A stretch of DNA of 63,861 nt, filler included, from Octopus bimaculoides (Eukaryota), in NCBI RefSeq assembly GCF_001194135.2. It is 3 parts of 2 records of this genome, joined end to end, with 100 filler letters (N's around TTAATTAATTAA, not from the genome) between each part and the next. Parts side by side here need not be neighbours in the genome. Positions count along the whole stretch, not along the records: positions 1 to 16,455 come from NC_068990.1; positions 16,556 to 37,205 come from NC_068990.1; 1 more part is not named here. One strand, given 5' to 3'. Shown piece after piece: positions 10,953 to 21,960 of this stretch. The notes below the pieces were generated by a model that saw nothing but the letters and a program-made list of their open reading frames with translations, had not been told where the DNA came from and did no database searches. The number at the start of each line of letters is the position of its first letter. The stretch's first letter is position 1. The translations under genes and the position numbers were made by a program.

Positions 10953-12161
10953 TAGGTTGCGTTGGGTTAACTGTCACTATTTTGTATTTTTTATTTCGCG
11001 CGTGCACTTTGTTTTTGATTTTGTCGACAACTCAGTATAATAGGATCAGTTGACCACCAGCTGTGAGAAAACAGCACCATGGAGCAATTCACTCTGCCAG
11101 AAATTTGTGGGAAAATGCTTTACTGCTTGGCATTCGCGCCGGAATCTCCAATACGAACATTTAAGAATGTTTGGGTGTCAATCTGAGGACAGTGCAGAGG
11201 ATTCGAAAAGAGTTGGGTGAGTCTAATGGTGATTACGAATGTACGGCAGCTCGGAAAACTGACTCTGAAAGTTCTAATAAGAAAAGAACTCCCGAATTCA
11301 ATGATGAGATCCAGGTCATGGTTGACAACGATCCCTCCAGGTCAATCAGGTCCATCATCAGAGACTTGGGAGTGTCTGAATTGCTTATGAGGCAAGCAGT
11401 GCATGAAGACATTCGGTATTCCACATACAAGATGAGAAAGGGCCATTTTTTATCCCAAGCCATCAAGAACAAGAGGAAAGACCACGCTACGAAGCTTTTG
11501 AATAAACTCAAGCATGCCTTCTAACCGAACGCACTTTGGTTTTTCTCAGACGAGAAAAATTTCTGCCAAGATCAGATGGCGAACACACAGAACAACCGTT
11601 GGTTTGCCATGTCCCCAAAACATGTACCGAGAGTAATAAAAATCAAACATCCAGTCAATATCATGTTGTTTAGAGTGATCACTAGTGGTGGCGACGTTAT
11701 GCCTCCATTCATCTTCCCACATGGCCTCAGACTCAACACGGAGGCCTACATCAAGTGCCTGGAGGAGGTAGTGGTACCCTGGGTTAAGAGGGTGGCTACT
11801 GGAACACCCTATATCTGACAACAGGACTCTGCACCGTGCCGCACAGGTAGGAGAACCCTGTTATGGCTGACAGACAATTTCTGCAACCACATCGCCCCAA
11901 ACATCTGGCTACTTAACTCCCTAGACTGCAACCTCGCTTGAGTATTGTGTGGGGCATACTTGAGTAAGAGACCAACAAAACTCCTTGCAACACCAAAGAT
12001 GAACTGAAGGCAAGGATTATGGCAACATTCACCAACTTAAACAAGGAGACGTCCAGATGAGTTGCAGGAGATTCCGAAGTCGTCTAGAGGCCATGGTTGA
12101 AGCCAAGAGCGACTTTATTGGATATGCATAATTTAGACAGCAATTTATTCACCGCACCCTA
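10953..12161 (+). mobile_element. Tc1/mariner transposon, maT (DD37D) family, near full length, decayed
   Basis: Imperfect TIRs TA|TAGGTTGCGTTGGGTTAACTGTC and GACAGCAATTTATTCACCGCACCCTA|TA flank a transposase pseudogene; about 1.2 kb. Confidence 0.9.
11079..12131 (+). pseudogene. maT/DD37D transposase pseudogene
   Basis: HTH region (LRTVQRIRKEL), FSDEKNF (first D), QQDSAPC (second D), then 37 positions to the third acidic position (NSLDCN-L-L-E-Y after a 1-bp insertion), ending RFRSRLEAMVEAKSDFI. Stops at 11522 and 11816 plus frameshifts. Confidence 0.9.
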
Positions 12162-12314
12162 TATATGACTACATTGTCCAGTGTGTTACTAGCAGTACCC
12201 ATTAAAGTGAGACGTCTGTCATAGTATTTACGAGAGATTTCGTCACTATTGTGGAAAAGAAAAATAAGGAATTTCAGAAAACACTTCATTATAGGTGGCA
12301 GCTATACATGTGTG

Positions 12315-12425
<111 letters not shown>

Positions 12426-12455
12426 AAGAAAGAGAGAATGGACGTTACAGAGGCA

Positions 12456-12810
12456 CAAGTATGACAGTGGTAAGAATTTTACTTCCCAAACATGGCTTTA
12501 GGTTCAGTCCCAGTGCATAACACCTTGAGCAAATTTTTTCCTGTTATAGCCTCGGGCCGACCAAAACCTTGTGAGTGGATTTGGTAGACGGTGTGTGTGT
12601 GTGTGTGTGTGTGTGTGTCTGTGTTTTCGAGTATGTGTTTGTCAGTTTGCTTACATCCTCATAACATAGTAGTTCAGCTAAAGAGATCAATAAATAAACA
12701 TCCAGACTTCTGGAGCCGATTTGTTCGACTATACTCTTCAAGGGGGTGCCCCAGCATAGCCGCAGTCCAAACACTGAAAGAAGTAGAAGAGAGAAGATAA
12801 AAAGATAACA
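12456..12810 (+). mobile_element. SINE family A, diverged
   Basis: CTATAGCCTCGGGCCGACCAAAACCTTGTGAGTGGATTTGGTAGACGG...GGGGTGCCCCAGCATAGCCGCAGTC. Confidence 0.8.
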
Positions 12811-12889
12811 TGAATATCAATGAAAACAGTCTTCGGCATTCATGATGGTTGATGATAATTTTGTGATAGTTAATGATACTGTAATTTTA

Positions 12890-13095
12890 TTTTCAAAATT
12901 TGGTACAAGACCAGCAAGAGTAAGTAAGTCGATTACACTCGCCCCGGAGCTCAGCTAGTACTTCTTTTATCCTCCCTAAAAGGGATGAATGGTAAAGTCG
13001 ACCTCGACAGAATTTAAAGTCAGAACATAAAGACGAACAAAATGCCGCTAAGCGTATTGGGATGCCAATGACTCTACCAGTTAACTGCCTTAATC
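12890..13095 (-). mobile_element. SINE family B
   Basis: AATTTGGTACAAGACCAGC...AAAGTCGACCTCGACAGAATTTAAAGTCAGAAC...AATGCCGCTAAGC. Confidence 0.75.
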
Positions 13096-13421
13096 TTACA
13101 GAACATTTTTATTTACATCACCAAGGGACTCTGACTTTGTTATCCACTCCACTGGTTACTTATTGTTATTGAGAGTTGTGCTGGTGCTGCCAACAGTCGT
13201 TGTTGTCGTTATACAGAGATATCTACCGCTTACATTTCCTATTGTAACATATTTTGATTGATTACTTTGACGTCAATGAAAGTTGATAGTTCGAAAGCAT
13301 GACGTATAGTACCGTTGTTGCCTAGCAGAACATGTAGTAGTTTCCGTTGCTGCTTCCTTACAACGAGCATTCACTAAAATCAGAGAGCGCAATTCCGTGC
13401 TGATTGTATACTAGGTCTAAA

Positions 13422-13480
13422 TTAGTGGTTGTCAACCAGGATCTACATGACCCTTGAGGGTCCAGGTAAGATTTAGTTGT
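13422..13480. mobile_element. hAT (Charlie-like) terminus remnant
   Basis: GTCTAAAT|TAGTGGTTGTCAACC resembles a CAGTGGTTCTCAACC TIR after an NTCTARAN-type target. The partner end was not found. Confidence 0.35.
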
Positions 13481-13536
13481 TAAAAATTGTGCAATAAATC
13501 GGTTATACTTCTACAATACACAAAATATTTTAACAG

Positions 13537-13619
13537 GCGTGGTTATGTGATAAGAAGCTTCCCAACCATATGGTTCCGGGTTCAGTCCCACTCCGTAGCA
13601 CCTTGGGTATCTTCTACTA

Positions 13620-13668
<49 letters not shown>

Positions 13669-13920
13669 TGTGTGTGTATGTGTGTGTGTTTTGCGCGTGT
13701 GCCTGTATATGTTCGTTTTTCTGTGTCTCCCGCAACCACTTGACAACTGGTGTTGGTTCCTTTACGTCCCCGTAACTTAGCAGTTCAGCAAAAGAGAACT
13801 GAGACGAATAAGTACCAGGCCTTACAAAATAAACTCTGGGGTCGATTTGTCCGACTAAACTATTCAAAGCAATGCCCTAGTAGGGTCGCAATTCAATGAT
13901 TGAGACCAGTAAAAGACAAA
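13537..13920 (+). mobile_element. SINE family A with (TG)n core
   Basis: GGCGTGGTTATGTGATAAGAAGCTTCCCAACCATATGGTTCCGGGTTCAGTCCC head; TTACGTCCCCGTAACTTAGC; GGGGTCGATTTGTCCGACTAAA. Confidence 0.85.
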
Positions 13921-14039
13921 GGATATTAGTGTAATTGCACACCTTTTAGTTCTGTTACTAAGTTTACGAAAGTTTCGGGTTCGATCTTACAACCATGACA
14001 TGGAATGTACCTTCTATTTTAGAAGTTCATCAACCAAAG

Positions 14040-14840
14040 CATATTCCTTTCTACTATAGGCACACAGCCTGAAAATTTGGTGGGAGGGGGAAAGGCAATT
14101 ACATCCACACAAGAGTTCAACTGATATTTATTTTTCGATCCCGGAAAGGTAAAAAATGAAGTCGACCTTAGCGGAATTTGAGCTCAGAACGTAAAGACAG
14201 ACGAAACGCCGCTAAGCATTTTGTCGGACGTGCTAACAACTCTGCCAACTCGCCGCCATACTGAAAAAAGTAATCCTTTCTGCTAAAGGCACAAGGCCTG
14301 AAATTTTACGGTAAGGGGAAAGTCGATCATGTCGACCCTAGTACTGACCTAGTGTGCTAACGATTCTGCCACCTCGCTGCTTTAATATTGATTTCAAATT
14401 TTGGCACAAAGCCAGCAATTTCGGAGAGGGGTCTAAGTCGATTACATCGACCCCAGTACTCTACTGGTACATATTTTATCGATCCCGAAAAGAGAAAAGG
14501 CAAAGTCGACCGAGGCGGAACGTGATCTCGGAACCTGAATTCACACGAAATGCTGCTAAGTATTTTGTCGGACGTGCTAACGATTCTGTCAGCTCGCCAT
14601 TGTAATGATAATAATAATGGTTTCAAATTTTGGCACAAGGCCAGAAATTTTGGTAGTAGGTAAGTCGATTACATTGACCCCAATGCTCAGCTGGTACTTA
14701 TTTTATAGACTTCTGAAAGGATGAAAGGTAAAGTCGGCTTCGGCAAGGCCAGCAGTTTCAGAGAGAGTTGATTACAACAACTCCAGTGCTTAACTGCTAC
14801 TTATTTTGTCGACCCCAAAAGGTTGAAAAGCAAAGTAAGT
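14040..14840 (-). mobile_element. Cluster of about five co-oriented full or partial SINE family B copies
   Basis: Recurrent GGCACAAGGCC / AAGTCGATTACATCGACCCC / GAAAGG..AAAGGCAAAGTCGAC / CTAAGCATTTTGTCGGACGTGCTAAC blocks. Confidence 0.8.
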
Positions 14841-14924
14841 GATGTATTGAGTCCTTGGCCCTATAAGGCCGGTTACCTGGTTTCCCATGGCGTATAAGTG
14901 AACGAAATCACATTGCCTTTCAAC

Positions 14925-15220
14925 GGGTTCAGTCTCACAGTATGGCATCTTGGGTAAGTGTCGTCTTCTTCAGCTTCGGGCCGCCCAAAGATTTGAGAGT
15001 AAATTTTGTAGAGGGAAACTGAAAGAAGCCCGTGATGTGTGTGTGTGGCCTTGGGCTTGTGCTTGTCCGCCCCACCACTGCTTGACAACCGGTGCATTTA
15101 CGTTCTCGTAAATTCTCTTAAAATTAAAAAAAAAAAAAGGTCTGGGGTCGATTTGTTCGATTAAAATTCTCCAAGGCGGTGCCCCAGCATGGCCGCAGTA
15201 CAATGACTGAAACAGTAAAA
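14925..15220 (+). mobile_element. SINE family A, 5'-truncated
   Basis: GGGTTCAGTCTCACAGTATGGCATCTTGGGTAAGTGTC...GGCGGTGCCCCAGCATGGCCGCAG...GACTGAAACAGTAAAAGA. Confidence 0.8.
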
Positions 15221-16009
15221 GACTACTTTGTAGACTCAAGAAAGGAAAACCAAAGACATTAGTGGCAACGGTGATGATATTAATTGTGATGGCCTAAAGT
15301 CGTAGAATTTGCCAATAAATCATTCTTCGCCTTTCTCTTTTTTTATTACCTTTTATCCAGGAAGTAGAGTAAAATCACTCTTAATATATTTTATTGTCTG
15401 CCAAGCCCATAGCCTGGCGCACCTTAATTGATGTTGAACACCGGACACCGAACAGCAAATACCAAACTACTATCTCACTTTATTCTTTGTTACGCTGCTG
15501 CTGCCTAATAGATCTTTTTGCCATGATCTCTAACTTTCTTCTTTCATTTTCCAAACTTACGTCTGTGCCACAACAATTTTTCAATCATGGAATCCAAACA
15601 CTTCTCTCTCTTCCTCGCTCCTCGATATCTTTCTCTCTGCCTTTCGAATCCTTTCTCTCGTTTGTTTTCGTGTTTTTAGAGTAATTTTGTTTGACTTTTT
15701 TTTATGTTGCTTTTCTCTCTCTCTCTCTTTTTTTTTTTACAACTCTTCCTTGCGTTCTTCCCCTCATCACTTTCTATCTTCATCTCCTTTCTCTCCTTCT
15801 CTGTCCCCCACCCCACCTTCTCTCTCTCCTGTTAAATATCAGAGCGGTCAGCAGTGACAAACAAGACTTGAGTCTACCAGCAAGTCGTACTAACGACCGT
15901 GATTAAGGTCGGTCAGAGAAAATATAGGTATTTCTTAGCTATAGATCACGGTTCTTCAAGACAGCCGCACCTTGGTTGCACTCCCTTCCTGCAGAGGGAA
16001 GGGGTGTGG

Positions 16010-16455
16010 GTTAATGGTTGGGGTAGTGGTGATAGTTGGCGGTGATGGTGGCGGCGGTGATGGTGGCGGTGGTGATGGTATCACTGGTGTCTATGATGGT
16101 AGCGGCGGCAGTGGTGTTAGTGGTAGTGGTTGGTTTTGAGATGGAGAGGGGGTAAACGATTGCGGTAGTGAGAGATGTGACAATGGTGGTTGCGAAGAGG
16201 TTTATCTTGGCGATGTAGAATGTCGTCGTCGTCGTCGTCGTTGTTGTTGTTGTTGTTGTTGGTGGTGGTGGTTTTGGTGGTGGCAGCGACGGCGGTAAAA
16301 GTGACGGTGATGGTAACGATAACGATGATGGAGGCAGTAAGGCGGGTGGCGGTGGTGGCAGGGGCACTGTCGGTGGTGTTACGGTTGCTGGTGACGGAGC
16401 TGGTGCTGGTGTTGGCGATGGTGCGAGCACTGATGATGGTTGTGGTTGTGTTAAC
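16010..16455. repeat. Degenerate trinucleotide low-complexity tract (GGT/GTC/GTT/GAT)
   Basis: Visible triplet periodicity; the Pro/Thr-rich ORF at 16011-16430 is a by-product. Confidence 0.85.
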
Positions 16456-16555
16456 NNNNNNNNNNNNNNNNNNNNNNNNNNNNNNNNNNNNNNNNNNNNT
16501 TAATTAATTAANNNNNNNNNNNNNNNNNNNNNNNNNNNNNNNNNNNNNNNNNNNN
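16456..16555. other. Artificial 100-bp scaffold spacer: 44 N + TTAATTAATTAA + 44 N
   Basis: Exact counts: N 16456-16499, 12-mer 16500-16511, N 16512-16555. The palindrome carries TAA in all six frames. Confidence 0.95.
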
Positions 16556-16583
16556 TATATATATAAATATATATATATATACA

Positions 16584-16962
16584 GGCGCAGGAGTGGCTGT
16601 GTGGTAAGTAGCTTGCTTACCAACCACATAGTTCTGGGTTCAGTCCCACTGCACGGCACCTTGGGCAAGTGTCTTCTACTATAGCCTCAGGCCAATCAAA
16701 GCCTTGTGAGTGGATTTGGTAGATGGAAACTGAAAGAAGCCCGTTGTATATATATGTGTGTGTTTCTTTTGTCTGTGTTTGTCTCTCCACCATCACGTGA
16801 CAACCGATACTGGTGTGTTTACGTGCCCGTAACTTAGCAATTTGGCAAAACAGACAAATAGAATAAGTACTAGGCTTACAAAGAATAAGTCCTGGGGGCA
16901 ATTTGTTCGACTAAAGGTGGTGCTCCAGCATGGCCACAGTCAAATGACTGATTCAAATAAAA

Positions 16963-16963
<1 letters not shown>
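16584..16963 (+). mobile_element. SINE family A, full length
   Basis: GGCGCAGGAGTGGCTGTGTGGTAAGTAGCTTGCTTACCAACCAC head through CAAATGACTGATTCAAATAAAAGAATA tail. Confidence 0.92.
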
Positions 16964-17007
<44 letters not shown>

Positions 17008-17029
17008 TATTCTCTTCATCATCATCATC

Positions 17030-18290
17030 ATTTAACACTCATAAAACTACATATATATCCTGATATCTGTCCAACAAATAAGATTCTAATGGATTTAAAT
17101 TCTCCCTGCAGTGCAGTTGTTGTATTGAGTCTAGTTTTGCTATGATACAGTGTTGTATTCTTGTAGTCCTATTGTTAGTTTAACATTTTACTGTGAAGAG
17201 AGATTGTTGAGGATAAATATTTTCCATAGGGATCAGGATATTTCTTATCTACTCATTCTGAATGATCTCAGAAATCTCTCATGAGCCCTCTGCCATCTCA
17301 CTATTATGTATATGATAAGTTGCATCATTTCTCACATTTACTTGATGGTCATGCATTGACTGTGGTACTGGGATTGTAATTCATTTAGGCTTTATGTATT
17401 CTGGATTTAATATGTTTATCATTCAGTATTCATGTATCCTTGTGGGTGACGGGGAGCACTTAACAAGTTATCTCTTTGAAACAATGACTCTATTTTTAAT
17501 GTATGGTGGATGATGCTCCTTCTAATTTGTAGAAGCTATAGGGTTTACTTTCATAGCCACTACAATCCATAGACTTTCCCTTTGTTTTCACATTTTCATG
17601 AGTGTTTGATTTAGTTTTCTGACTTTTAGGTGGGATCTTTTGTTGTCTTTCAGTTAAACATTTAAATGATTTGAGACTTTCTTCCATAATTCATAAGAAC
17701 TTACCATTTTCTATGAATCACGCTTCTGTGCATGTTGGCATTTCTGTTAAGTACAAAATTAATGCATATGGTATTAACATACAATGGTTAAGATTTATGT
17801 CAATGTCTTGCAAAAAGATATTTACTATTCAGTTCGGTTTGAGAATCATGTTTTAAAATTAATTTCTAGTTAGCTGTCTGAATGTTCAGTCTAGACAGAG
17901 CTTGAATGCCTATTGTACAGTGTATGTCTATGGATTACTTTAGGTCATTCATAATAAGTTCATTTAAGTTAAGATTTGAATAAAGCATTGCACCTTCCCA
18001 CTATATGGAAAGTTATCTAAAATGAACATCTTATGGACTTTGGGAGCATAATTTGCTCCATGAATAGTCAATTTGAAGGTTCATGAAAACATTCTCATGC
18101 CGGGACATTTCACAGAGAAATAACGTTTCACAGAGAAATGTCAGAGTGGATAAAATCACTCATGGGAAGGGCATTTGTTTGTTTGGCCAAGTTGTTTAAT
18201 ATACTTCTCTCTTGTTAAGGTTGTCTTCAAATTTGCTGTAATATGATGATACACTGAGCAAATACCAACATCGAGTTGATTAATGTTGCA
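17030..18290 (-). mobile_element. Possible very old Penelope-like RT/endonuclease remnant
   Basis: The - strand gives scattered fragments LYSNL, GIQAL, KLILKH....LNSKY, PLYVNTI and INILNP, in the order expected for a Penelope RT, but with many stops and shifts. Confidence 0.4.
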
Positions 18291-18423
18291 TATTTAGTAT
18301 TAGGGTGTTGCAAGTAGAGTTTATATGCATGTATACGTACTTATGGGTTACTTGGGTGTATATATGTATATATATATATATATGCATATCTACAGATCTC
18401 TCTCTCTCTTTCTGTCTCTCTCC

Positions 18424-18478
<55 letters not shown>

Positions 18479-19122
18479 NNNNNNNNNNNNNNNNNNNNNN
18501 NNNNNNNNNNNNNNNNNNNNNNNNNNNNNNNNNNNNNNNNNNNNNNNNNNNNNNNNNNNNNNNNNNNNNNNNNNNNNNNNNNNNNNNNNNNNNNNNNNNN
18601 NNNNNNNNNNNNNNNNNNNNNNNNNNNNNNNNNNNNNNNNNNNNNNNNNNNNNNNNNNNNNNNNNNNNNNNNNNNNNNNNNNNNNNNNNNNNNNNNNNNN
18701 NNNNNNNNNNNNTATATATATATGTATATGTATACATACATGCATATATATATACATACACATATATACATATGCATATATATATATATATATACATACA
18801 CACATACAAGCATACATCCCTATATATATTTTCATTCAGGCATACATACACATGCATGCATACACATACATACACATGTTTTTAAGCACATACATATACA
18901 TTTCCATTTATTGATAATAACTTGCAAAACTCTAGCAAGATATCTTTAATAAATATATTTCTTCTCAGCACTAAAATGATTTCAGTTCTTCATTTTGATA
19001 GTGTCCTTCTAGTACTTAACCCAGCGCTTTCACTCTCACACACACATGTACATATAGACATATATATTCCTGTATTCATGTATATATGTATGCATGTATA
19101 TATGTATATATATGTATATATT

Positions 19123-19176
<54 letters not shown>

Positions 19177-19906
19177 TTTATTTATATATATTTACATATA
19201 TGTGTATGTATGTATTTATATAGTGTATCATGGTTCATGCATATGTGTTTCATTGTATGCAATTAAACTGAATACATCATGGGCGGTACAATCTGGTCTG
19301 TTGAAGTGTAAAATAAGTTTTATGTTGAAGGCCTGGAACAGAGTTGGTTGTGGGTGGATTGAGTAAAATAAATATTTGCTGTCTTTCATTGCAAGAACTG
19401 TGGTCAGTTCTATAAGTGACCGATCAATAACAAATGACCAATCAATAGAAAATCAAATAGTGTACTTGGAGTTATTAAAGATTTATTGCTTGAAAATATC
19501 GATCATAACTTAATTATTTCTTTCACAATCTTCATGTGGGCAATATATATATGTGTACATATGATGTTTAAGTACATATATATAAGCATATATGTATATA
19601 TGTATGTAAGTATTTGTGTGAAAACATATATACACATGTGCATTAATATAAAAGTATGTATATTTCAATATATATCTATATCAATATTTAGTCATATAAA
19701 CATACATATATTTGTGTATTTGTGTATGAATAGAATGAGGCAGCATATGAGAATGAGTGTATTGCATACATACATACATACATACATACATACATACATA
19801 CGTACATACATACATACATACGTGCCGGCATACACACTTATGTAAATTGATTACATGGTGAAAGTCAGACATTACAGAACTAATATGAGATTCTTTACAT
19901 TTTTAC

Positions 19907-19922
19907 AGATCGGAAGAGCGTC
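19907..19922 (+). other. Illumina adapter remnant (contamination)
   Basis: AGATCGGAAGAGCGTC lies directly at a contig end before a 10-N gap; it is the start of the standard TruSeq adapter read-through. Confidence 0.92.
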
Positions 19923-19932
19923 NNNNNNNNNN

Positions 19933-20012
<80 letters not shown>

Positions 20013-20374
20013 GAGATACATACATGTAACCTTGTTGGCTGTTAACTCATATGTGAGTATGACCATCACTAACAAGTTATCTTATCCTAGGTGTTAAAAC
20101 AGTATGTATCAGCAATGACCAAGCTGATATTTGAAGCCAACAATTGCTTACACAGCATCACCAATATTCTCATCTACAAAGCCAAATAGTTCAGATATAA
20201 GCAAGAGCAAGATCTCTGACTTTGCAATAAGTTGATTCTTATTTTGGAATCTCCTTCTGGGGACATGTCTAAGCAACAAGTCTCTGCTTCCCAGAAGGCA
20301 GCTGGCTCTACCTAGTACATTTGTACTTTGATAGGATTTGTTATTGTCTATAACATTTGTTTAGAACATATGTC

Positions 20375-20415
<41 letters not shown>

Positions 20416-20523
20416 TATATGTAATTATATATGGTGGTGCTCCAGCAAAACCGCAGCCACTTGGCTGAAATGCATAAATAAAAAATATATATATATATAC
20501 ATACATGCACACACAGACACACA

Positions 20524-20560
<37 letters not shown>

Positions 20561-21719
20561 ACACATACACACACATACACACACACACACATTCCTATAA
20601 TTTTGTGCATGAGAAATATACTTTTCAGCACCTGGACTCCACAGAGCATACAAAAATATTTAGAGTAACGACTTCTAGCAACAAAGAAATACCGTGATAT
20701 ATATGAACGATTTATGACAAATGACCAGACACAATTATGCAAATTGTGGATATATATCTATTAAAGATATATACAAGAGAATTAGCTGGAGTAAGTCATC
20801 GATAAATGTGTAATATTTTTGAGCTGCACATGTTTATGAAAGAAAATTTTTAAATATTCATCTTTACCAAGAAGTTTTTTAAGATTATGGTGAAATCTAT
20901 ATCAGCAATTTCTATATACTGTTAAGAAAGAAAATGTCTCCACACTGAACTCTATTTTAAATCTTTAGTTTATATTTGTCTCCCATCCATTTCTTAACCA
21001 GAAGTAACAATATAAATTTTACTCTTTGCTCCTCATCAATATTACTGTAATTTTAATGAGTTATTTACTCTTAGTTCACTGAAATGAAAAGTCGACACAT
21101 CCTTTATACAATCTAGTTTCTAACCATTTAATTTTCCAGTCTGCTCTTTTTGCTGGTGGGTGAATCCACAGTATATTACTAGGAGCTTATCTTTGCTACA
21201 TAGAGACCAACCTGTTCAAATTGGCCAACTAAAGGCTCACTGATATGACCCTTTGTCATGTGACTAGCTTGGGTCTTTGGCATCTAGATGGAACGTGAAC
21301 TTGTAATTCAAAGAATTACAGCTTCTGCTTGGCATCTAGTCTGATGCTGTAGCAATTTTATCAACCTACCCTCCTAGGGTGGCTCTTCATTTAACAACAC
21401 AAAGAAAATGCTGCAAAGTCAACCAGTATGTGATTTAAAATCAGAACATTGACAGCAGGAACAAATTGTACAAGGCATAATATCCAAGATTCTAAATTTG
21501 CCAGTATGTAGCCTTAAAATTAAAATCTCATTATAATTAAAGTTCACTCATTCCATTTTGGTGCTGAAAGGACAAATGTGTTAGTGTCAGATAAAATACA
21601 TCAACGTGTTTTGTCCTGATTTCATGTACCTGGACTCCAAATCCTGCTATGGTAAATTTTGCTTTATATATTTTGGAGTTGGTAATACACAATCAATCCA
21701 GAGCAATGGATTAGCTTAA

Positions 21720-21960
21720 CTGTAAGACCAAATGCTTGCAGTATTTGTCGTGACTAAGGTAGCAAGCTGGCAAAATCTTTAGCATACCTGACAGAATGTT
21801 TAGCAGTATTTCATCTGTCTTTACATTCTGAGTTCAAATATCACCAAGCTTGACTTTGCCTTTCATCCTTTCAGACTCAATTATATAAATACCAATTGAG
21901 CACCACGGTCGATGTAGCTGACTGACCCCCTCTCAAGATTGCTGGGCTTTTACTCATTAC
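21720..21960 (+). mobile_element. SINE family B, heavily CpG-decayed
   Basis: GGTAGCAAGCTGGCAAAATC...TTCTGAGTTCAAATATCACCAAGCTTGACTTTGCCTTTCATCCTTTC; most CpG positions of the younger copies read TG or CA. Confidence 0.7.

Noticed and set aside
16011-16430. Pro/Thr-rich 139-aa mucin-like ORF
   Set aside because: Low-complexity triplet tract truncated by a gap; no splice or domain support.
16500-16511. TTAATTAATTAA as a homeodomain site or piggyBac target
   Set aside because: It is embedded symmetrically in 44+44 Ns twice, so it is a synthetic linker.
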